Notes under the pieces: model-generated
Databases searched by the model: none
Told to the model about the DNA's origin: nothing
The model's input: only the letters and a program-made list of their open reading frames with translations
Part shown: in pieces, positions 24,397-38,500 of the stretch
Layout of the letters: each line of letters begins with the position of its first letter
Position numbering within the stretch: the stretch's first letter is position 1
Source: Octopus sinensis
Taxonomy: Eukaryota
DNA length: 64,000 nucleotides
NCBI RefSeq assembly: GCF_006345805.1
Contig: NC_043013.1
Span: forward strand, 310,001 to 374,000
Reading direction: 5' to 3'
Position numbers and translations under genes: made by a program

Positions 24397-24881
24397 CTGT
24401 TAATAAAAATAGAAATAAAAATAAACAAAATAAAATTTTCACAAGATTAGAGATACCAATAATAATTTTAAAAATTAATTTGGTAACAAGTATTTTAAAT
24501 AACACTTTCGAGATAAGCAATTCAAAATAAGAACTTGAAAAAGTATCAACATCATATTTCAGGTTCAAAACTATAAAATAGCAAAAACCATTTCCACTTT
24601 CGGGCTAGAAACTACATTGGTTTTCAACAAATCCTGTACAAAGCATAAATACAGCTACGTCACTCCGCCACATACTGGAGCACTGCACATACATTTGTAT
24701 GATTGACAAACCTCTCCTACAACACACTACATTTACTAATACCGTAACTGTTTTCCTTCACCAATGCTAGATCGGCTCCTGCTTTCTTCTATACCACTCC
24801 AATAAAGAAAAAAAACCAACACACTGCCTCTTACACCCCTCCTTTTGTTTCATATTGGTATTGACCTATAAAAATTTCGAC

Positions 24882-25100
24882 TTAAACCTTTAGCATTCAG
24901 ATTACTCTGTCAAGTGTAATGTTTATTTATTCACATCAATCTGAATTAGTCAAGTATTTTTATTGTGTAGCTTTGAAATTGCAATGACATGATTATTTTT
25001 AGAATATTGTAGGGTAAGTGTGAGAGACCAGACTTAGCCAGTTTAAACATAAAACAGAATATTTTGGTGGGATATGGCCAGTTTAAATGCTAAAGACTTA
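24882..25100. mobile_element. piggyBac-type (TTAA) MITE family, copy 1 of 4
   Basis: ttaa(c)cctttagcatt ... aatgctaaagggttaa family. Other copies at 33122-33340, 41623-41798 and 50531-50712. Confidence 0.75.
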
Positions 25101-25259
25101 TACTGACATCTCCTGCAGCCAATTTAAATGGGTGAGCGAGACTGGGCGATTGATATAGCCACTGGGAGTAGGAAATACTCAGCACATTTGCAATAGGATC
25201 CCTGCCCCCATTCTTCATTGAATAACACTAATGCCAAACTAAGAGGAATTAGTTATTAG

Positions 25260-26280
25260 TATCATCATCATTTAAAGTCCTTGTCAATGCTGGCATGGGT
25301 TGGACAGTTTAACTAGGGCTGGCAAGCAGGAAGGCTGCACAAGACTCTAGTCTGATTTGACAGGGTTTCTACAGCTAGATGCCATTCCTAATGCCAAACA
25401 CTCTGAGAGTGCAATGACTGCTGTTATGTGTCACTGGCACAAGTGCCATTTGTGACACCAGTATCTGCTACGGCCACGATTCCACTTGGCTTGATGGGTT
25501 TTCTTAGGCACAGCTTAATCCTTTCTGCTATAGGCACAAAGCCTGGATTTTGTGAGGAGGGGGTTGTCGATTACATTGACCCCAGTGTTTCACTGGCACT
25601 AAATTTATCACCCCCGAAAGGATGAATGGCAAAGTTGACCTTCGCAGAATTTGAACTCAGAACATAGCAATGAGCAAAATACCACTAAGCACTTCGTCCA
25701 GCGTGCTAATGATTCTGCCAGCTCCCCACCTTTCTCAAGCACAGCATAATACCAATGGTCTCAGTCACTAGTTATTGCCTGTTAGGCCCAATGTTTGAAG
25801 ATCATTCTTCACCACCTTGTCTCATATCTCCCTAGGTCTACCTCTATCACAGGTTCCCTCCATAGTAAGAGACTGGCATTTCTATACATAGCTCTCCTCA
25901 TCCATATGCATCACATGACCATATCAGTGCAGTCGTCTCTCTTGCACACCACATCTGATGCCTCTTATGCCTAACTTTTCTCTCAAGACGCTTATAATCT
26001 GTCATACATGCACACTGACTTTGCACATCCAGCAGAGCATATTAGCTTCATTTCTTTCAAACCTACGCATGTCCTCGGCTGTCACAGCCCATGTTTCACT
26101 GCCGTGTAGCATAGCTTTTTGTTCACAGGCATCATACAGTCTGCCTTTCACTCTGAGGGACAGGCCCTTTGATGCCAGCAGAGGTGGGAGCTCTCTGAGC
26201 TTTGCCCAGCCTATTCTTATACTCGCAGCTATGCTCTGAGAGCGTCCACCTAACTTGGTCACCTAGATAACAGAAGCTAC
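25260..26280 (-). mobile_element. RTE LINE 3' fragment with a family-B SINE nested at about 25520-25730
   Basis: ORF 26002-26262 (RIGWAKLRELPPLL...HGSETWAVTAEDM) plus the 3' UTR and catcat tail at about 25262. Confidence 0.88.
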
Positions 26281-26713
26281 TTATTACCTTAAGTTAAAAA
26301 ATAGGTTTAATTGAAACACTTAAATAATAATTTGATAGAGATTGGAATATTGGAAAGAAACAAATCACAAACATAGCCAGCACTTGTTAACATAAAATAA
26401 GAGATTTTTTCAAGCTTTGCTAAAATTCTGTCCACAGTTTCTCTCAATCATTAATCCCAAACAACCTCAGTCCCCCAAGGTGTTCCAATACAATAATGGT
26501 GTGAATCAACTGCAGATTTAATATCTAATTTTTATGCAATAAAACAATACACTAAAAGTATTAATTCTACATGGTAAGTCAAGTAGTAGTGAACAATTTG
26601 CAGTGCAATTACAGCAGTAAATTATACCCACTGCAATGCCAAGCAAGGCTTAGGTAGGTTTGGTTGTTGTAGCCTCTCAACTTAGTTGCTCTAACTAAAT
26701 GGATACACTAAAC

Positions 26714-26912
26714 CAGGGGTGGGCAAACTGCGGCCCGCCATAGGTTTTCATGCGGCCCGTCGAGAGGAATATTTCACAAAATTTCCTTTCAATCAATTAT
26801 AGGTCTATAACCGCCTTTAAAAATATTTTCACTTGATTTTTATAAATGAGGCCCGCCAAGGTTCCAAAGACGCACTGTGCGGCCCGCGATCAAAAAAGTT
26901 CGCCCACCCCTG
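26714..26912. mobile_element. Young hAT MITE with perfect 8-bp TSD
   Basis: TIR caggggtgggc(a/g)aac at both ends. TSD cactaaac at 26706-26713 and 26913-26920. CpG-rich internal gcggcccg repeats. Confidence 0.92.
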
Positions 26913-27189
26913 CACTAAACCCTTCCTAAATCACTAATTCCTTTCATTTCAAAGCACAACTAATGGTTTTGTTAACTTTTCCTTGACCTACTCAATCTAC
27001 TACAACTGCTATTACTACAATGATGACAATGCACCTTTTGCTACCACCACCACCACCACCACCATCATCAAAACCACCAACCAGCATTTGATCACTTTGT
27101 TTGTTCTATGGGTAGGGCATTTCTCACAGCATCTTGTCATTCTTCAGTCTGATTCACTTAGCACTCAGTAACAGAGGCAGCTGGCCAAC

Positions 27190-27271
27190 GTTGCTTTTGT
27201 GCAGGCCTTATAGTACAAGTTATTTCATGTGTTGCTTTTGTGCAGGCCTTATAGTACAAGTTATTTCATGT
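27190..27271. repeat. 41-bp perfect tandem duplication
   Basis: gttgcttttgtgcaggccttatagtacaagttatttcatgt x2. Confidence 0.95.
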
Positions 27272-27789
27272 AGAAAGACCAAGTCCCCAATCCTCTGTAT
27301 CGGTTCCTGTTCAGAATTACTGCACTCTTTAAAGATGAGTAACCCATGCTGTGGTTAGTGGAGTCCATGCTCATTGTCCATCCTATATGACCACCCACTT
27401 TACAACCAGTACTTGATGCTTTCTTTTCTTTTAATCACACCATCAGCCTTAGAAAGGCTCTCCACTGCAGGCCTAAAGAGATCCCTCTACACTTTCTTAG
27501 AGATTCTGCCCTCCTAACAGAGCTGTCTGCACTGCAACATATGGAACTCACATCTCCAGTCTTTGGAATGGTTTTATGGCTGGATATCCTTATTTAGAGT
27601 CATCACAATCTTATGAGGGGTCATAGTTTGTGAGTGGCAAGGGATAAAAGGTTGTCTCCACTAACTGGGTGCAAGGCTCAATCCCCATAATGTGTGGCAA
27701 ACAGTACATATTACCTTGAATTTATGCAGTTCTCAAGTAGTTAATTCCTGTTGTCAATTCAGTTACTGCTTCAGCCATCTTAAATTAAA

Positions 27790-28460
27790 GATGGATGAAT
27801 TCATAGAGCATTGAAGGTATACAGCACTTTAGGAGTTCAGAAAAGGCAATAACACAGAAGATGCAATCCAAAATATTCAAAGTGCTTACAGAATGGATTG
27901 TTAAAAAAAAAAACAGTTGAAGGTTTGAAAGATACAGAAAGGGTTGATTTCAGTTACACTTTAGAACTTAACTGAAACGAAACTGTTATGGTTGAAGAGT
28001 TAGCCCAAAAACCCAACTCAAACTTGAGAAATGGGATCCCCATAATTTGACAGAAAACCACTGTGCTGCCACCAGTAAACATCTGCACTTCTCTACACTC
28101 AAGAGAATGTATATCACCATTTTAAAACAGACTAGTGACTAGTAAGAAAAAGTGAATCTTTTACAAGAATGTTAAGTGGTGCAGACAATGGCCTAATGAA
28201 GGTGAACTGGTTAAACCACAACCCAAAACAAACCTCCATCCAAGTGTTGGTTAATGTTTTGTGGAATTATTAGTGTGATCCACTTTTGGGCTGCTACCTA
28301 TTAATGAAACAATTACAATTACAGCAAACATTTACTGTCAACATTTACAATGTTTTAACACTGCTTTGAAGGAATCGTAAAGGAGTGGTGTTCTTTCATG
28401 ATAATACACGACCCCTAACAGCAAAGATCATGCCTGAAAAGAAAGAAAAGCTCAGCTGAT
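27790..28460 (+). pseudogene. Decayed mariner transposase
   Basis: Remnants of W(V)PH(N)LT, RLVTS(D)EK, V(I)HF(E)LLP.NETIT, YCQ and FHDN(A)RP motifs. Confidence 0.65.
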
Positions 28461-31400
28461 GTTGTATATATCAGGTCATCTCATAAGTAATGTCTAAATA
28501 GTGGGTAACATGAAATGGTCTCTAATGTCATATTTTATTAGAATTCATCCATTAGCATAACTACTGTCATTACCAATGACCTTTCAATGTCGTATAAGCT
28601 TCTTTAATATCATTTGTGTAAAACATCTTCAGGTTTGGTGGAAAAGAATGTAGAGAGGGAAGTTTGCACTCATTATTTTGTTTTTACTTTTGTTAAGAAC
28701 TAGTCCAAGATTCTGTAAACTTTAGAACAGGTGTTAATCAGGTGGAGCAAAGTCAGATGGATAAGGAGGCTGTAGAATTTTACTGCCACTCCACCCAGAT
28801 TACCACTGGAACTTCTTGGATTTTACTATCATGGATCTTCTTGATTTATAAACATTGCCAGTGATTTACATGGGAAATTTGCAATCAAATTGGAACCTCT
28901 ACAACTGAACGTACACCTCATAGCAATCTTCATGAAAAAACATAAGCCTCATTAATCTCCTATAATTAAGCGTGTAACACCACACAGACAATATTCACAG
29001 CTAAGCACCTGCCTCATCACAACCTTGACAACAAAACCGATACCACACTGCAATTTGCACAAATATGTCCTTTTGCATTCATCACAACATATACTACATT
29101 GAGATTTTATTATTACTATATGTCAAAATTCAGATTTTCCTTTTGCATACATTGCTGTTTTTTGTGTAACTCAGGGTCAAAAGTGATCAAGCAAATCTAT
29201 GGCTCAGCTAGTCAACCAAAGGATCCGGTGCAACCTCCAAATCTGTTATTTTACCATATGAGATGTTTCTGCGAGATGAATTTACACTGAACACCATTTG
29301 GCAAACAACATTGAAGCTGTGACCATCTTTTGTGGTTTAATATATCCAAGACTATTTTAGTATATTCATCCATTTTCAAGTAAAATCTGAAGGATATTTG
29401 GTTGTTAATTGACATATTGAGCAACTGCTATGGAGCTCTTTTATTGGATCATTTGTTTACAATTCGATGCATGTAGAGATTGTTCCTAGCGACTACTTTT
29501 TATTACACAACTACCACATTACAATTTTCATAACTGAACATTAGAAACCAAACACTGTTGCAAGCCAGATTTGGTTCCACTATTCTAAATCATCTAAGAC
29601 TCATGACTAATTCTCCAGCTGTTTTAACTTATTCACTGACATCTCAGAGTACTTGAAAGATAAAGAACTACAACATTGAGTAATATTTAGACATACAATG
29701 GACACTCCTTCAGCTGCACAATAAATTTTATATTCCATCAGCAAGACCTGTCTTTTTTTTATTACTATTATTCAACCATAAGTGATGAGCAGAGTCCCCA
29801 TAGGGGGATAAAATTAAGAACATGGGGTGACAATCAATCCCCCACCAAAAAAAACTTGACAGTTACTTTGACGGAAAAAAAAGACTCTCTCAAAAATTGT
29901 CCTCACAATGTTAAATTATGCAATAAATACATGTATTTAATTAAATGTATGCTACCCACTGACTTGGAGTAACAGCATCATTGTCAACAATGACAAGGGA
30001 AAAGGAGATGCTCTGGAGAAACTGAAACAATAAAGATATGAAACTGTTGGGCCTGATTTATGAAAATTAAGGAGAGAATTATAGCATGATTAATAAGAGA
30101 ATTAATTAATAGCTGTGATGTAGTTTGGTTTTGTATCTTACCCATGTCAAGGAATATATATAAGGGACCTCATCAGATCTGCATGTACCCCTTATGCTCC
30201 ATTTATACACTCTCCTTGCTCTTTAGTACCAACATCATTTACTCTCTCTTTACACTTATTCACCTCTGGTTACCCTAGTATCTATCACTCTTGACCTATC
30301 GTCTAGTGCTGCTGCCATGATAAAATGTACCCAGTACACTCCTTTCAAGTATTTGGTAATAGAAAGAACATCTAACCACAGAAAGCCAAGCCAAAACTGC
30401 AACTTATAAGTGAGGTGTCAAGAGAACAGCAATGTCAAACCTAACCCATGTCAGAATGGAAAGTTAATTCAAAATGATGGTGATAATCTGCTAAATTAAA
30501 GCAGATAATCTCTTTTATCTTCTGCTTGTCTTTCACAGTTATTTGACTGCGGCCATACTGGGGCACTGCCTTGAAGGATTTTAGTTGAACAAATTGACCC
30601 CAGGACTTTATTTTTTTCTAAAACCTGGCACCTATTGTATCAGTCTCTTTTACTAAACCACTAAGTTATGGGGACGTAAACACAGCAACACCAGCTGTTA
30701 TGCGATGGTGGGAGACAAACACAAAGACATGCACATACATACACATATAAGACAGGCTTCTTTTAGTTTCTGTCAACCAAATCCACTCACAAGGCTTTGA
30801 ACGGCCCAAAGCTATAGCAGAAGACACTTGCCCAAGGTGCCATGCAGTGGAATTGAAGCCAGAACCACATGATAGAGAAGCTGGCTTCTTTACCACACAT
30901 TCAGAAGATACTATCTCTTTGCTTTATTTGATGAGTGCATTCTAAATGTTTACATCACCATCATCTTTACATCCATCTTTCCATACCAGTAATGAACTGA
31001 ATGAGACTACTGATGCAGTTTTCTATGACTACATGCCCTTCCTGTTGCCAACCCTTACCTCATTTTTATTCTATGGTTTTCATACATCAAAACAACAAAG
31101 TGGAAATAAATATTCACACTCACATCTAAACGTGACAGTTTGCATCAAGCAACTTCATTCACAGGACTGTGGACAGTCTGAAGTTGTAATAGAAAACACT
31201 TGCCCCATAAGGCCACAAAATGTATTGTAATGTGAACGTTTTAACCACACAGACAATAATACATATAGTCATATATAATCACTAGAATCCAATGAGATAA
31301 TTGGCTGGCATTAGCAAGAAATAAAAGACCAACATGTTGACCTAGTTTTGAGAAAATTTGGAAATAGAAATGAAGAATTATAATTCAACAAACCTATCAA

Positions 31401-33121
31401 TAACCGACTATTCTTGCTTGATGGCATGGATCAAACAAAATTCAGAGCAACAGACTTTTTTAATAGTTAGATGCCCTTCCTATCAATCTTCAAACAATAT
31501 ATTTATCTCAATGACCTGGACAAGTTTTCAAAGATTGGAAACAAATGATATCACACATTTACAACTACCAAGGAAGGTCAAGCAAGACAAGGAATTGCAG
31601 ATGTACACCTATAAGTGTGTGCATTTACATAAACACACGCACACACAATTCTTTCAGCCCCCATGTACCAAAACTATTCCCAAGGCTTCTGGTTGGCCCA
31701 AGGTATTGCACAATGGAACTAAACATGAAAGTGTGCGGTTGAGGGGTAAACTTCAGCTACAAACCCATGCCTACGTACACTGAGAGTTGTCATTGGTTTG
31801 CAGGAGTCTTTTTTTTTTTTTTTTTAACTGTATATTCAAAAACAATTCATCAACTCCATTTCAGTTTTCCATTCTCGTTACCTCACTTGCTAGTAAGCTA
31901 GGCCACACTCTAAACTAAGACCTATCTTACAACTATATTTCATTAGATATTTTCATTCTTGAAAATAAGTTTCAAATTTCTCTGGAAATGAAGGTTAATA
32001 TGCAAAATCAATTTCAAAATGGCAATGGTTTGACTGAAACTGTGAAACAGTTTAAGGATAAAGAAAACAACTACTGTCAGAATAAGTAAAAGAAATGAAG
32101 TCAAAGTCAATCTAATCACTGGACATTCAATGACTTTGAAACACATCATACATATATACTAACATTATGGAAATGATGGGGGGGGGGCTATTTTAGTTAA
32201 AGATAAAATCCAATATCTATGAAGCTAACTAGTTACACACACACACATCAATTTCAATATAAAATAGTGAAAATTGCTTTACATTCATAAAAAGCTTATC
32301 TCCCTTGATTTACAAAATGGATACCGATATTAAAGTGTGTTTCTTTTTCTTTCTTTTTTTTTTGTTTTCTAACCACAATTGTAATTACATGTCACATAAT
32401 CTTTAGACATAATCTTAAGTTGTTCATTCTGAGAATATCAGGTATAAAATTTAAATGGCATTGCAAGTTGACTTCAATCACTATAAATGATTTATAGAAT
32501 ATAAGTTATATTGTTGAGAAAATTGTCCAAAGCTAAACAATGTTTGATCTATTATATTGATGACTGACCATCAAAATGCCAAACCATAGAACACTGCTAA
32601 CTACAGCAGCCAACTGATAGCAATTTTCTTTTCATTAAGCTTTGCAAGAAAATCAGTCAGGAGCAAGATTAATTAAGGATAGTAATTATTATTTGCTACC
32701 ATTTAATCAAATAAAAATCTTATATGGCTTCATAAAGCATACACACACTGTTCAAAGGAGAAGCAACAATTAATTTACTTTGGATTCAGTTTCTAATTAT
32801 CTTGCCAAAAATTTAACCGAGAATTCACTCTTTTTAATAAATCTTTCATACTTAAAAGGAATGTTATTTCCTTTTAGAAAACCATTAAGAGGGTCTGCAA
32901 AGAAAACTCAGACCATCAAAATATACAGGTCAGCAGAAGAACTAAATGTATTAACTATGTAATGTCTTACTTGAATATATTTTGCATAACACCATACTTG
33001 CAAATATTTAGCAATGAAACACATAGTGCCAGATATTTTTATAATTATCTAAAAATGATTTATTGTAAAAAAAAAAATTTATTTTCAAAAATTGCCAGTC
33101 AATATTTTATAGTATAACAAC

Positions 33122-33340
33122 TTAACCCTTCAGAATTTAAACAGGTCTTATCTGGCCAAACTATCCTGCTTTGGTTTGCCTTCAGAGCAGCCTCTCACAC
33201 CTACCATACAATGTCATTGTATGATAAAGAATTACATTATTGAAATCTCAATGTTATGAGATAATGCATGATCAATTCAAAACATAAATAAATCAATAAG
33301 CATTACTTTTGACAAAATAATTTAAATGTTAAAGGGTTAA
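33122..33340. mobile_element. piggyBac-type MITE
   Basis: TTAA-flanked TIRs cccttcagaattt ... aatgttaaaggg. Confidence 0.75.
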
Positions 33341-33377
33341 ATGTATTTTACCATAAGACTATGGAGTCTTTTATCGT

Positions 33378-33594
33378 GCATACTATATGTGTGCGTGTGT
33401 GTGTGTATATATATATATATATGTATGTATGTGTGTGTGTGTATACATATATATATATATATATAATGTATGTGTGTGTGTATATATATATATATGTGTG
33501 TGTGTATATATATATTATATATATATATAATGTCTGTGTGTGTGTGTATATATATATATGTGTGTGTATATATATGTGTGTATATATATATGTA

Positions 33595-33641
<47 letters not shown>

Positions 33642-33865
33642 ATGTATATATATATATGTGGTGTGTGTATATATATATATATGTGTGGTGTGTATATATA
33701 TATATGTGTGTGTGTGTATATATATATGTGTGTGTGTGTATATATATATGTATGTGTGTGTATATATATATGTGTGTGTGCATATATATATGTATGTGGT
33801 GTGTATATATATGTGTGTGTGTGTGCATATATATATATATGTATGTGTGTATATATATATATATG

Positions 33866-33949
<84 letters not shown>

Positions 33950-33977
33950 TGTGTATATATATATATGTATGTGTGTG

Positions 33978-34008
<31 letters not shown>

Positions 34009-34053
34009 ATATATATGTATGTGTGTGTATATATATATATGTATGTGTGTATA
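33378..34053. repeat. Large compound (TA)n/(TG)n/(CA)n microsatellite
   Basis: Direct reading. Further tracts at 34393-34566, 34712-34985, 41886-41921, 43272-43308, 44709-44766, 45649-45680, 56420-56540 and 62631-62690. Confidence 0.98.
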
Positions 34054-34392
34054 TAACTTAGAATAACTTAGAAAGGTTTTGGCCAGTATTGGCCCAGGCC
34101 ATGTCTGTCTACATAGCACCACCTGGCGAAGTCTTTCAGTTCAGGATTTGGGCACCAAGGCCCATTCGAGCAGAGAGTTATTGTTTGCGGAGACATATCC
34201 GGGTGTGGGTGGTTTGTCCGGTACTGTTTGAAGGAATTTGTCCAAAGACTTCTTGAATTTTGTGTGGTCAGTTTCTTTTTTGACGTGTCCTGATGTAATG
34301 TTGAAGAGAGCGGGTCCAATTGAGGTGAAATAGTTGTGCCGTATTGTCGTTATGTGATGCGATTTAGATTTTTGTTGTGGACGGATGGCACG
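34054..34392 (-). mobile_element. CR1/L2-group LINE 3' end
   Basis: Translates [67 protein letters not shown], with a short (TAAGTTATTC)-like repeated tail. Confidence 0.8.
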
Positions 34393-34405
34393 TATATATA
34401 TATAT

Positions 34406-34455
<50 letters not shown>

Positions 34456-34477
34456 ATATATATATATGTATGTGTGT

Positions 34478-34555
<78 letters not shown>

Positions 34556-34566
34556 GTGTATATATA

Positions 34567-34709
34567 TCATCATCATCATCGTTTAACGTCCGCTTTCCAT
34601 GCTAGCATGGGTTGGACGGTTCAACTGGGGTCTGGCAAGCCCGAAGGCTGCACCAGGCCAGTCAGATCTGGCAGTGTTTCTACAGCTGGATGCCCTTCCT
34701 AACGCCAAC
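34567..34709 (-). mobile_element. RTE LINE 3' tail
   Basis: catcatcatcgtttaacgtccgctttccatgctagcatgg..., near-identical to 829-970. Confidence 0.9.
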
Positions 34710-34724
34710 ATAAATATATATATA

Positions 34725-34757
<33 letters not shown>

Positions 34758-34869
34758 GTATGTGTGTGTATATATATGTATGTATGTATGTGTGTATATA
34801 TATATGTATGTTGTGTGTGTGTGTATATATATTATATATATATATATATATGTGTGGTGTGTGTGTGTG

Positions 34870-34918
<49 letters not shown>

Positions 34919-34922
34919 ATGT

Positions 34923-34953
<31 letters not shown>

Positions 34954-36537
34954 GTGTGTGGTGTGTGTGTGTGTATATATATATAAAGAATTTCATAATG
35001 CACTACTTAATGTGAGCCTACAAGCCAGTGTGAATGGGCTGTACCTTAACATCCAAAAATAACTAAATCCTGTAAATTACACTACATTGTGTCCATAGCA
35101 ATTAAGTGAATGGCCCATAACACCTAACTATAAATTGGTACAGTGGGTTATACCAGTATTTTGTGATAACTTCAAGTGCTACCAAGAGAGGAATGGGTTC
35201 AACCTGATAGACATACAACTGAAAAAGTGTCCTCTGAAAAGCTACTTCCATAGCTAAACCATATACATATGGTTACTTTATTGTCTCTGACAAAATTGTG
35301 CTAATAAACAGCTTTAAGAAGTTTGTTTTACACCCGTATTTCAGGTTCCATCCCACCTCATGGTGCCTTTGTCAAAAACCTCAAACTGGTCGATCTGTTG
35401 TGGAGCTGCTTTGTGTTTCCTCTCATTTTTGTGTCATTAACACTACTGCAGCATGGCAGTTCAATATGCAAATGACCAGTTAAGTACTTAGAAATAAGTA
35501 TTGTTACCAGCGAAGGGATCCAGTTATAGACTTCTGCTTGTCCAACCTATGATGGTTTGGAAAAAGCAGACATAAAAAAAAAAACAATGCAATGCACACA
35601 CTGACACTGTTTAACAATCCATGTTTAATAGAGAGATGTTGATAATGAAATAAAAGCAGTGGTAAGAAGTTTGCTTCCCAACCATGCAGTTTTGGGTTCA
35701 GTCCCACTGCATGGCACCTTGAACAAATGTCTTCTACAACAGCCCCAGACCAACCAAAGCCTTGTAAATGAATCTGGTAGACTGAAACCAAAAGTGGCAT
35801 CATGTAATCAGTGTCCATTACATTAAAATATATTACATTCCTTGGAAACCAATGACAGTTGGCAACAAGAAGGCCATCTGACCACAGAAAATCTGCCTCA
35901 AGAAATTCCATTCAATCCATGTAAGCACAGAAAAGTGGATGATAAAATAACTAAATTCTTCTTCAATTTATTCACTGAATTTACAAATGCAACATAAAGA
36001 AAAAAATAAAGTTGTTTTTTCTTCACACACAACCGGAAAAGGGACGTGAATATTTCATTTTCAAATATATTAATTGACTGTGTAAAGAAGCGGGTGGGGA
36101 GAAACCTGAAGAGAGGTAATGAAAATGATGGCAGATTTACTAAAAATCTTCAGTGAATAAAATTTAATCCTTCTGTTCAGAAGATAAATATATTTCCATT
36201 TAAATATTTGATGTGAAAACAATAGCAAAATTAAAAAGTCCTGAAAATATTTCTTCTTGTGAATATTGATAATTCACTCAAACTTATTTATCACTTAATG
36301 TATAAAGGAAGTTTTTTCAGTCAAAAAATTTCAGTGAAATGTTACATTATTGTGGACAATTGTGAAAAGAAATTTTTTAACTTTCATTGTCAGGCACAAA
36401 TATTACTAACATACACACTCACATATTCACAAATGTGTCTTTATGTTGCTACTCAAGCTGCTAGAAATAGTCACCAAATCTCCTTCAAATCAGCCAATGA
36501 TGAAAACATTTATGAAGTTGTCATCTAGAACAAATAT

Positions 36538-36904
36538 AAACAAGAGCACTCAGAGAGTGCAAACCTCCACTAAGGCAACACCGATGTCCTCCTAACAATT
36601 AGCCGGAGATGATTTTTAAAATAAGCATATCTGAAATAAACTCTACTGCTCTCACAAACAAGAATACTAAAAACGAACCTACCACTCTCAAGATTAAGTA
36701 AAAAAAGAAAAACGGAAATATAATCCAGAATCCTTGTCCAGTACCAGATTGATCCCAAAATCTAATCAGTTTGTGCCAGTGACAAGGCCAAACATCTCTG
36801 AAAGTTTCATCCGAATCCATCCAGTGGTTCTTGAGATATCTTGTCCACGGACAAACAAACAAACAAACAACTGAAAACAATCCCTCCGCCAAGGCAGAGG
36901 TAAG
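36538..36904 (-). mobile_element. Complete HINE-like element
   Basis: SubTIRs, (aaac)n microsatellite and 3' hairpin gcactc-aga-gagtgc. Same terminal motifs as 10048-10725, opposite orientation. Confidence 0.65.
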
Positions 36905-38234
36905 AATATATCAGGTAAATTATTAGTTCGCAGAATATAGAAATAAAACATTTTAAAAATAACATTAAATAATAAAAGCACTGTGTTCTTGAGCAAAAGA
37001 CTTCATTTCACATTACTCTAGTGCTGTGGGAGGGGGGGGGGGGTGACAGGTCAAAGAATAGACCCAAAGTTTCTTCTGTGTTGCAAAAGGCAACTAAAAG
37101 AGGTTGAGGTAGGATTTGTACACCAGCTTTAGAAAAACCCTCCCCAGCAATGACTACCCAAGCAGACAACTGGATTGGTGGGTTGTTGCCAGAGTGGCGT
37201 AATGGCGTCATCTGGCAGGAGTAGGGAATCACCAGCAAATGGTGGATGCACCTATACGACTACTATTTATAAAGCAGCTAACATCTACTACTCTGAGATT
37301 GAAAATAAAGGTTTAACAATTTTCTAAATTTTTTAGAGACCCTCTGTATTTTAATTGAATATATTTATATTAAAAGGTAGCAATTTAAATTTTATCATCT
37401 AACTATCAGCAGAGTGATGGGTACTGAACATATGTGTACCTGTATTTGCAGGTCGCAGTGAGGAAACAATGTTGAAGTAGGAATGTATCAAATGACAAAC
37501 AGTGAATAAGTAACAATAAAACGAAAGAGGAAGAAAGGCTGACATATTTATCAGAGAGTGGGTCAGAGGTGTGCTTAAAGAAACACGAGAAATTAGAACA
37601 ATCTTAACATACTGATAATGATTTTTTTTTTTAAATAAAAAATAAAAATTCTTATAGAATTTGCAGTTTACTATTAATATTGTGATAAAAAGATTTCTGG
37701 AATAATGATAATTGCATAAATCTCTCGTCTGTAGACGAGTGATAATTTTGTAAATAGAAACATATTTCAATTTTCTTGTCATTAAACTGATCAATAGATC
37801 AGTGAAAAATGCTTAAAATGTTGTCATTTTTTGATAGCACAAATGCCTATGTGCTGATATACCACTGTGACATATTTCAGCAAGTGGCATGCACCATCAT
37901 GTTTAAATTATTGGTTTTAGTCTTGTGTAGTCTTAAGAAATTTAACCATAATGTTACCTGTCATTTTACACCAAAATGCATTTTATATAATTAATAAAGC
38001 TATCATCAGTTCTGATGACATGGGTCCACTAAGGACTGTGTATGTAGCAGAAACACTCAACACTAAGATCAACTATAACATTCTTTCAAATGCTTGAAGA
38101 GTTCCCTAGAAGTAATCGACAATTTTGGCCTAAATGACAAATTATCAGGAGTCCTCTGTAAGCATAGAAGCCAGAGAAAGAATAGGTAGGAAAATTTTAG
38201 GAAGCTATTACTTTTGCTGGTAACAAAGGGATTC

Positions 38235-38500
38235 ATCATTATCATTTAATGTCTGTGTTCCATGTTAGCATGGGTGGGATGGTACCACAAGAGCCAGCCA
38301 GGCCGAAGCCTACATCAGACTTCTGGCTGTTTTAGCAGGACTTTTACAGCTGGATACCCTTCCTAGAACCAACCACTCAGCAGAGTAGACCTAATGCTTT
38401 TTATGTGGCACAAGCACAGACAAGGTTAGTTTTGGCAAGGTTTTTACTTCTGGATGCCCTTCCAAACACCAACCACTTTACAATATGGACTGGGTGCTTT
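38235..38500 (-). mobile_element. Old RTE 3' UTR copy
   Basis: Degenerate match to 829-1100. Confidence 0.7.

Noticed and set aside
25195-25240. GAATGGGG followed by GC as the missing CK2 alpha first exon with a GC donor
   Set aside because: The upstream frame reads ALVLFNEEWG, with no YWDYE or SRARVY similarity.
33337-35062. Many long ORFs (up to 261 aa) rich in Y/I/H/T or C/V/Y
   Set aside because: They are translations of (TA)n/(CA)n/(TG)n microsatellites that lack stop codons.
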